NCBI GenBank assembly: GCA_017499595.2
Contig: CM039008.1
Span: forward strand, 1,736,001-1,800,000
Direction: 5' to 3'
Source of the DNA: Psilocybe cubensis
Taxonomy: Eukaryota
DNA: 64,000 bases
The notes under the pieces were generated by a model that worked only from the letters and a program-made list of their open reading frames with translations, made no database searches and had not been told where the DNA came from. Within the stretch, counting starts at the first letter, position 1. Each line of letters opens with the position of its first letter. This document shows, one piece after another, positions 48,793-57,776 of the stretch. The position numbers were made by a program, and so were the translations under genes.

Positions 48793-50267
48793 TTGGTTGG
48801 TGGTGACCGAGTGCCTATCCCCAGGATCAAACCAAATCTACCTTAATAGTTAATACTAATCCGATAGTCATTGTAGGAGCTTTGACTTGCCAAGTTTCCC
48901 ATAACTTACGAACCAGAAGAAAGGGAACAAGCAGAAGAGCTATGAGTGTTATGCAAGCTCGTCGACCGGTTTACCTGTGCTTCCAAGCTCCTAAGAGAGA
49001 AAATCGCTGCTCTGGCAATACGCACGACAACAATAATTCGAACTCCGTTCCGAGCGCCGGCCTTTAAGCTAAAAATGACAACACAAAATTGTAGAATGTG
49101 CGACCGGCGCAATTCCCATCGAATTGTCACAATCCCTGGCAATTTGACGGAAATGTTAAGTTTAAAATTCGCTTGTTTCACATTTTACAAGTTTGTGTTG
49201 TGGATAAAATACGACAGAGGTGTGTAACGGCAAATTGCGGCACATGCCCAGAGTGGCAGGTCATTAACATTACTTATCTATATTTTTATTATAGCTATTT
49301 TCATATCGATAGACCTATCCGCTAAATTTACACGTACACGGATAAAGAATTTTATTGAGCGGAGCATAAAATTTAAAGACGGCAAATTACGGGAACTAGC
49401 AAAATCGTCGATGAGTATTTACAAAAAAAGTCGAGCTACAAGAACTAAAGCAATACCACCACATCAGCAGCATCCTAGAGACACTCCCTTCTCAAACTGA
49501 AAGGCATGTCAGCGCTTTTCTGCAAGATCGTACCATAGATTAAAATAAAATCAACATAGGAGCATTCCTTATGTAACAAGGCTACGCAGAAATTCAAGTC
49601 CGACTGTATGAATATATTTTTACGTTGGGCCTATCGATATGAAAATAGCTGTAAAATGCCAAGATTTACATTTTTGGAACATGTAGAAGGTACTACTTAA
49701 GTTACAGTTACACCGCCGCCAACTCCACAGAAAGATTCCGGCGTATCTCAGAGGTATAGAGATTCACTTTTAAATCGGTCTTCGCTGACAGCGCCCGAAT
49801 CAACAATCTCCGAGATAATCCGCAGTCGTAGATCTACTTACAACGGGGTTGAAGGGATATGACTCGGAGGTTCTGAATTTCGATCATACAACCTCTTTGT
49901 GATTGGTGGTGCGATTACTCTAAAGGGTTATACTAGACAAGATTAGAGCCGATATTACAGGCAAAGGTATGTAGTGCTGCTATCGTGCTTTGATCATCTA
50001 TATTCTCTCAACCCATAAAGAACAACCCTCGTAAATAATCAGACCGATAACTTCATCAGGAGAATCGTGACCGAGTCAAAACCACAATACACTGTAATGC
50101 ACTAACTTGCCAACCGTTTAGTTATATCTAGATTACGCCTTATTTTGTCCTCGTCGGATACCATGGAATTCATATAAAAGTACGACCTATCGTAATGGTC
50201 TTCAGTACCCCATAGTACCTATTCCACAGTCGAAGTTCACATTTCTTTTGCTTTTTGCTACCTCTTA

Positions 50268-50887
50268 ATGGCTTTAAACACTAGTGCTGTCGTCGTCCCC
50301 AACCCACCCCCGGACAGTGACCCTTATTATATCTCAATGAGGCCTTCATACAACATCAACGACCAAACATATCTTCGCGAACGAGAACGTCTCGTAGTGG
50401 TAAAAGAAAGACTCGAGGATTTGAAAATTCGTTGGGACCTTTTTGACGACATCAACAAGATCAAATATGTCCAAGAGTCTACAGCTGTTCGTGTCGTTGA
50501 CCGTCGTTCGAGACTCCATGAATCGGTGGGTCCTCAAGTGATTTGCACCACCATCTCATTACGATTTCCTGATTGCGATTTGCTCTTTTACTCAGCCAAC
50601 AGTCGATACATTGATCCATCGGTACGCGGAGTACCGCGTAGAAACCATTCTGCCTATAGAATGTCTTATGGTCCACCAGGAATCTACGGTTCTTCAGTAC
50701 ATTGTTGCCCACAGTGACCTCGAGGAAGTCAAACCGCTGGAAGATACACGAGATAGGAAGTATAGTGTCGGTGAACATTTGATTTTTTTCAATTATACAC
50801 TGGTTAATTGTTTGTTTTGTAACAGAGTGGGACTGTTTGCTGGCTAAGATCGTCAAAGTATACAGATCAACATCCAGCTTTGGTTAA
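50268..50887 (+). CDS. Small orphan hypothetical protein, 3 exons
   Basis: TATAAAAG about 95 bp upstream; two GT-AG introns join the 50268 and 50611 ORF pieces and a last exon EWDCLLAKIVKVYRSTSSFG*. Confidence 0.55.
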
Positions 50888-51512
50888 AAATAGCCAAGTA
50901 ATAATCACGTCGTCGCAATATTCGACCACAGCGGTACGCAAACATGCAGTCACTATTCCAGCAGCCATTATTTATTGACACTTTTGTTATGATGTCTTGA
51001 CCAGTGGTATAAGCTTGGCATAAATACCGACAATCTCAAGTACACCGTCAATCTTTTGACTAAGTCAACTATGTCAGTCCCGTTTGTCGTTGATAGGTGG
51101 TTGACAGCCAAAGAAATCACTTCCCGGGGCCCGGGCCGTCAGTAGAATTATGGCTGGCTTTCCGTTGGTTGTTGAAATTTCCGGGTCAAAGTGGACAGCG
51201 GGTCTGAGAGTTCGGAGTCGGCCTCAGGAGAATTGTAAAACACATCTAAATTTGAACCATATGATTACATTGTCAATGAGTTTTCCCAGAGAAAGTATTC
51301 CAGGAGAATTTACTGTTGACGTTTACGCAATGGGTTTAAGCATCACGCGTCAGTTCTTCGGGTTAAGTTGAGGCAAAGTGTCGTCAAGCCACGAGGATTT
51401 GACTGAGTTATGGTACTATTGACATGATAGATCGAAGCAAACGTGACTTCGTAATTAACACCGTAACACGACCATCGCGTTTTGCACGGGACCGCGTTCC
51501 GTATATACAGCA

Positions 51513-52061
51513 CACGGCGGGCAAAAGTGCTGACTAGTCAGCCTGGGAGTTGGTCTGACCAGTCACGTGACCACATCGCGACGCGTTCCGTGACGAATCA
51601 ACTGACCAGTCAGGAGAGGTCACACAAATGTTGTCACGCTGGTTAGTATTGGTAAATGAGTTCAGTAACATAAGATTAAATGGCAATTAAATGTTAAACC
51701 ATTGTCTTCCAAAGCACTATCACTGAGGAAAAGCAATGAATAAATTGGATATTTCTCATGTTTGGTTCAAATTTGGTCATTATTCAAATAAATGGACAAT
51801 TGATAGACGTTGTACCAAAATTGTGTCAATGCATGCTAGATATCTTCAACAAGATTCATGAAAGAAGCAAATAATGTAAGTCCGGGGCATAGAAAAGAGA
51901 TCCTCTGTTCTACAATCAATGAGCGGAATTACTGAAACTTAGCAGCGTGACAACATATGTGTGACAGCTACATGACTAGTCAGGTGACTGGTCAGCACCC
52001 TGGTCAGGTGATTGGTCAGACCAACTCCCAGGCTGACTAGTCAGCACTTTTGCCCGCCGTG
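51513..52061. mobile_element. 549-bp MITE with CAC...GTG termini (CACTA/EnSpm-like)
   Basis: 49-bp perfect TIR (61 bp with 2 mismatches) starting CACGGCGGGCAAAAGTGC; 3-bp duplication GCA at 51510-51512 and 52062-52064; repeated subterminal TGACYAGTCA-type motifs. Confidence 0.92.
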
Positions 52062-52230
52062 GCAATGTCTACATTCTATTCTAGCTTTTATTCCTCATTA
52101 TATGCAGATATAAATGCCGCAGTTTGGAATTAGCGGATTGATCGTTCTTTTATCAATGCTCATGATCAACTCACGCGGTCCGTTCCGCGGTGTCTTGTAT
52201 TATATCAGCGGGCACAATTAACATGCAAAG

Positions 52231-53847
52231 CAGTGATGGTCAGATAACTGTCAGCAAAGTCAGAAGCAGTTACGTTCCCATCAGTAACCGTCATGACCAT
52301 GACCATGACCTGACCAACTATACCATAAAAGGTATTTTCTCAGGCATCGGCAAAAGTGACCAAGTCCCAAAATGCCTTTGTTGCCTTTTAAGGAAGGCCA
52401 ATGATTCATGTGACATAATTATGTCACACAAAACATTTGGGTAAAATTTGGAGGCACCCAAAACATTTAGAAGGCATTTGGAGGCTCCAAAAACATTTGT
52501 AGAGCCCAAAAGTTATTACTAAATATTTCACATACTTACACTTATTTCTCAATTATTGGTTTGCCATAGAACTTAGAGTGAATAATTGATCATAAATAAA
52601 AAGAAAAAGAAAAGCTTGAGTTCAACTTGACATGCACTCAAATGATTACCGGCCTTAGAGTGCGCAAAAAATGATTTTTCAATGTAAAAATTTATTCACA
52701 GTATCATCGCACAATGTCAATTTAAGGCAAAGTCCACCGTTTCTGTCTAGCCATCGACAAAGAGCCTCCCAGGTCTGATTACAAATTAAGTCGGAGATTG
52801 AATCAATGTTATGTGTATAATAACTCAAGACATGCCCCGAATTCCTTTCTTTCCTCACTCTCATGTCTCCTGGTTCTGACAACACAATCTTCTGGTGTCC
52901 CATGCACATGACATAGGCCTGAAAGTTAAACTCACAAGGTAAATCAATTATCCCCAACTGCCAGTGCAACCCAACTGACAATTTCTTTTATGTCTTTGCT
53001 CCTCCTTCGACTTTGATACATCTTTCCATCAAGTATAGATTACAGTCTTACGGACATGCATGTTGAATTAATTGTGAGTATATGCGCATCAAATGCGCAT
53101 ACATTTTGCATTTTGCTTACCATGACTCACTGTGACACATCCAGATCCAGATCTCAAATCACACGAGTTATTGTGACCTGGTCACACGGAGTCTCCCAGG
53201 GTCTGGTTGACCATTATCGTCATCTGTACTCGTTTCTATGTACCCTCCATTGTAGTCAATCAAATTTTATTGTGTTAGTATTTCCAAAGTGTGTGATTAT
53301 TGGGAAATGGCTGCTATAAATAAGAATAAACAAGCTGTAGCATTGTGTGAACCTCAAATCTTTTTTGGGTCTCTCAAATGCAACTCAAATGTTGTCCAAA
53401 TGTTTTTGGGTCTCCCAAATTTTACCGAAATGATTTCATTAAATTTAGATTTTGATAAAACATTCATTCTAGTGAAGGATTTGTAGCCTTTCAAAATTGC
53501 GAGTCTCTACTTAGTCGATATAAAAGGCCATTTGCGCCTTGGGGCCTTTGGGCGTCCCCAAATGCCTTACTAAGGCATTTGGGGACTTGGTCACTTTTGC
53601 CGATGGGGGAATGGGACTGGGCTCTTCAGTAGCAAGATAGATTATATAATACAAGCAAACTAAAAAAAATATCAACTGTGATGCCGTGGTTCAATTTTGG
53701 AAAATAGCACTGATGGCACTCAGTCAGCATTGACAGCCGAATGGGTAACGTCATGACCGCTATGAACAGTCACTAACCGTCTCTGACTTTGATGCTAACC
53801 GTAACTTTTATGACCGTCATCCACTGTGGGCTGACCGCCCACCACTG
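52231..53847. mobile_element. Non-autonomous hAT-like element (about 356 bp once the nested insert is removed)
   Basis: CAGTG...CACTG termini, imperfect 13-bp TIR, and an exact 8-bp duplication ATGCAAAG at 52223-52230 and 53848-53855. Confidence 0.8.
52345..53605. mobile_element. 1261-bp non-autonomous TIR element nested in the hAT-like element
   Basis: 34-bp TIR CATCGGCAAAAGTGACCAAGTCCC(A/C)AAATGCCTT with 1 mismatch; inverted subterminal repeats (~52443-52468 and ~53398-53423); GG on both flanks as a possible 2-bp TSD. Confidence 0.88.
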
Positions 53848-54011
53848 ATGCAAAGTCAATCTGCGATATCAGGGCGTTAGGTGATTTTGTTTTTAGGACT
53901 ACGGTTCAGTGAAATCTTGAACGACACTCACCATGGTCGGTTGCCGGCTGCCAGTTTGCCATTGTGTGAGTTACCATGAAGACACACATACTCCATCTCT
54001 CAATACTGTGT

Positions 54012-54720
54012 CACTAGCCTCGCGAGCCAGGCCTTCTGTGAATCTCGTCTCTTTTCTAGATAAGGCAGGTACCGAGTGATATGTTTGTACAAATGTTGTC
54101 TTTGTTTATGTCGTCAAACATTGATCGGAGTGCGAAAAGAGAGAGATTCACAGAAGGCGGATTTGAGGGAATCCTCGTTTTGTGACTCGGACTTAGTGAA
54201 AAAAACGCGATTTGCCTCAACAACAACCTTCCACAACTTAAAAAAAAGTTGTCTTCAGAATCATTTAGATAGGTTTCTTTTATAATAAAATTCATTTTTA
54301 CAAGGTCACGAAAAAAAATTTTTTTGAGAAAAAAATGACTTGTAATTTTAGCCGAAAAATCATATATCATGGCGCAGGTGAACTGCTTCTAAGATTAGAT
54401 GGCAGGTCCGGGCGGTTAATGAACCCAGTCTCTGCAGATGAAACAGACAATGAAAGAGACATACCTGCACATCCCACCTCCATCAAAAGTGAACCTCTGG
54501 ATACCCAGATTGTCCCAAATGCAGTCTCTACATCCTCTGTAGATTCAAATCATGCTTCAGCTTCAGACAGTATGGGCGAGTCTAGCGTGCAGGGTTTGAC
54601 CTTGACATGGATCTTGAGGAAATAGAGGAGGAGTACGATGTTATTGAAGATTCAGAGGATTCAGAATTCGAGGGGGAGGGGGACGGGTAGTGGTCGCAAC
54701 ACTAAGTCCGACGTGACAAA
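54012..54720. mobile_element. Degraded CACTA-terminus relics with internal inverted repeats
   Basis: CACTA at 54012 and 54700, TAGTG at 54194-54198; inverted repeats 54031-54056/54134-54158 and 54178-54198/54700-54720; no TSD found. Confidence 0.45.
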
Positions 54721-55293
54721 GCGTGACTCTGCCAAAACCGAACCGTTTGGCCCAGCCGTTTCTGACGAAACCGAGCGGAGCTCGAAATATGCTGAGTCAG
54801 AAACGACTGGTGTACGAGCCCTACTGTGTCACGGGCGTTACCAGGTACATCATTTGCAAAACCACTCATACGAGATCTCGCAGAACTTGTTGCGTTTTTT
54901 TCCCATACTTTCCGTGGTCTCCATCTGTGTTGAAACCGGGTCTCATGAGAGATTCGCTGCCACCTGCGTCCTGCCTGACTCATATTTAAACTATCGCTGA
55001 AAACCTCTTCCAGTTATACAATTCGGCATTTTCTACACCCAGTTTGCACTCGTCGCAGATGTCAAAAAATGAACCGCATATGGCAAGTCATCTGTTGGAT
55101 GCCGCTGGCACGCAGATATCACCGCTGGTGCGGATCATCACCGAAGCCATCATTTGGAGATCTACACGGCCTAGTTCTACGCCCTATGGTCAAGAAGGCT
55201 TGGTATTTTTACAGTGTTGAAAGGGAAGTATAAAGACACCTGCTCTCGTCATAGTCCTCAGGAAGGCCCCTGCATTTCTTCTTCACTGCAGAG

Positions 55294-56592
55294 ATGTCAA
55301 ACGCTCCTCTTCCCCGGGTCGCCGACCTGTCTTTCGAGTCGTTGTTCTTGAGGTATATTCTGGCTGGGTGTAGTGCCGTGAGCTTCAGAAACTGATTATC
55401 GTTTGTCAATATATTTTAATCGACTCCATGGGCAGGTCATTCTCTGGGACATCCTGAGCAACTTGAGAAGCGAGTTTATACTTCTCGTCCGGCATAGGTT
55501 CAGGGTGGCGACGGGGGTGTATATAATTTCAAGGTCTGCATTATACATCTCAATTATGGCGCTTGCCAACTCCCATCTAAAGCTAATCGTACAATGTATT
55601 ACAAACCAGATTATCAACAATCGCCTTCGTTGTAATGGCCACAATGTACGGGAGTAAGTAGAAAAACCATATCTCCATTGCCCCTACAACCCTCCGATAA
55701 CTAAGTTACTCATCACCGAGCGCTTGTTCCCCATCAGCCGCGCCGATCCAAGCATGCAGCCAATACGTGCTCGCAGTGCACATCCTCATGGCCGGCTCCA
55801 TCGGCACGACCTCCCTCCTCTTCCTCATCCGCGTGCGCGCAATCTACGAAGCAAGCCCGCGCGTCACCGCCTTCTTCGCGCTCAGCTGGCTCGCCGTGCT
55901 CGGCTGCTTCATCTTCACCCTCCAAGGCCTCGAAGCGTACCCCGAGTCCAACCCCTCCGGCACCCTCGTCTACTGCGCAACAGGCAGAATATCGCCCTAC
56001 ATCGCACTCGACTTCGTCATGCCGCTCGTACACGACACCTTGGTCTTCCTCGCTATCTCCTGGCGACTCGCCACCAACACACTCTACAACAACGCAAATC
56101 GCGATAGCATAATTAAACAAGGCGTTCGGGCCATGGTCTTTGGCCATTACATGCCCGCTTTCTCAAGAGCTCTACTCCAGGACGGACAAATATACTATCT
56201 GTAAGTCTTCATTTTCTTCTTTCAATACATTGAAAAGAAAGTACTGCCGAACCTCTCGGTCTTCCTTCTCTTCTTTCAATACATTGAAAAAAGAAAAGGT
56301 ATCGCCGAATTTTTGGGCTTTTGCTGATGCTGAGAATTTTCACTCAAGAACCACCATTACTACCGGACTTCTCGCGTTTGTGATGCTTTTCATAACCAGT
56401 GCCGAAGTGACATGGAAGACAACATTTCTGGTTCCCAATATGATGCTCATGAACATCATGGCTTGCCATGTTTTCAGAAAGACAAAACTAGGTATTTTTA
56501 CTGAAAGTGGAGTGTCCACTATTAACCCTCCTACCCTTCCTATCGCTTTTCACGTTCCAACCGGAGCTAGTAGTCCCTATATACCACGATAA
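55294..56592 (+). CDS. DUF6533-like multi-pass membrane protein, copy 3
   Basis: RYILAGCSA/VILWDILSNL, LLFLIRVRAIY, HDTLVFLAISWRLA, LLQDGQIYYL/TTITTGLLAFVM, NIMACHVFRKTK; same exon structure as copies 1 and 2. Confidence 0.8.
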
Positions 56593-56679
56593 TATTACCT
56601 TTGTAAGAGAAAAAATTAGCCTACGTATACCCCATGTCTGTCTGTATCCATACTATGTAAAATAGAGCAATAAAAAAGA

Positions 56680-56783
56680 TGACCGAGGTAGGGGTCGAAC
56701 CTACAATCTCCTGATTCGGGCTACGGACCCAGAAGAGCACGTACTGATCGTAGTCAGACGCGATGCCATTTCGCCACACGGCC
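56680..56783 (-). tRNA. tRNA-Arg(ACG) with a 32-nt canonical intron
   Basis: GGCCGTG acceptor, TGGCGAAATGG A-box, TCTGA-CT-ACG-A[intron]A-TCAGG anticodon arm, GTAGG-TTCGACC-CCTAC T-arm, T-run Pol III terminator immediately downstream. Confidence 0.93.
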
Positions 56784-57776
56784 ATATTTAACGTCAAAAC
56801 ATATTTATTTTTATCCGCAAAAATAGTCTCTTGGGCCCAGAACACACGAAACGCGGTCCTTGCTTCCCCTAGTCTCTCGTAAACAGCCTGTTGACAGCCT
56901 GTAACACCCTCACACTCAATGAAACGATGCATAAGCATTCAAAAATATATGAAAAGCAAAAAAGCCGATGTACGGTCATTCCGAATTTAAACTCTACAGC
57001 GCCGCCACCAGGCACCGGCCCAGCGCAAACTTGCAAATTACTAATACAAAACACCGTTCAAGTTGATGGTAGCACCGAGAAAATTACGAGAAAAAAAAAG
57101 ATCACAGTTCGCAGTTCGATGTGTACATTGAATGATTTGTACAATGTAGTTGTACAAAAAAAACATGATGATGATATCGGATTGGATTGGATTGGAATTT
57201 GAAAGCTAAAAATTATAATATCACCGCGGGGATGTTAATGATTGGTTTGACTACCGCCAGACGGCGTGATAACGAGCATTGAGTCGAGGAGAGAAGAAGA
57301 GAGGGCGGGGGGGAGGGGGAAGGGGAAATCCCACGTCGCGCGCGATCAAGGAAGGGTATAAACATGGACATGGCATGGATATGGACATGGACATGAACCT
57401 GTACAGGGATAAACTATAAAACGTACAAAAACGCAAGGGAATAACGGTAAAACCGGGGAGGGTGGGGATGGTTGGGTGAGGTAAATGATCCAATCCTTGC
57501 ACCGAGTAAGTAAATACTAAACTGAATGAGTGAGAAAAAAAGGGAAAAAAACAACAACAGTATAAAACACAACATCATTAATAACACACGCAAAAAAAAA
57601 ATTCGTGAATGGGATGATTCCAGAGCATCAGTCCAAGAGTAACACCATCAACCATCAACCATCGTTTCTTCTTTCTTCTTTTCACTTCCTTCTTTCTTCC
57701 ACTTCCACACATCCCTCACAAGGGGGTACAAATCCCACACACCCAGCTACCAGCTAACCAATCACGCCTCTACCCT

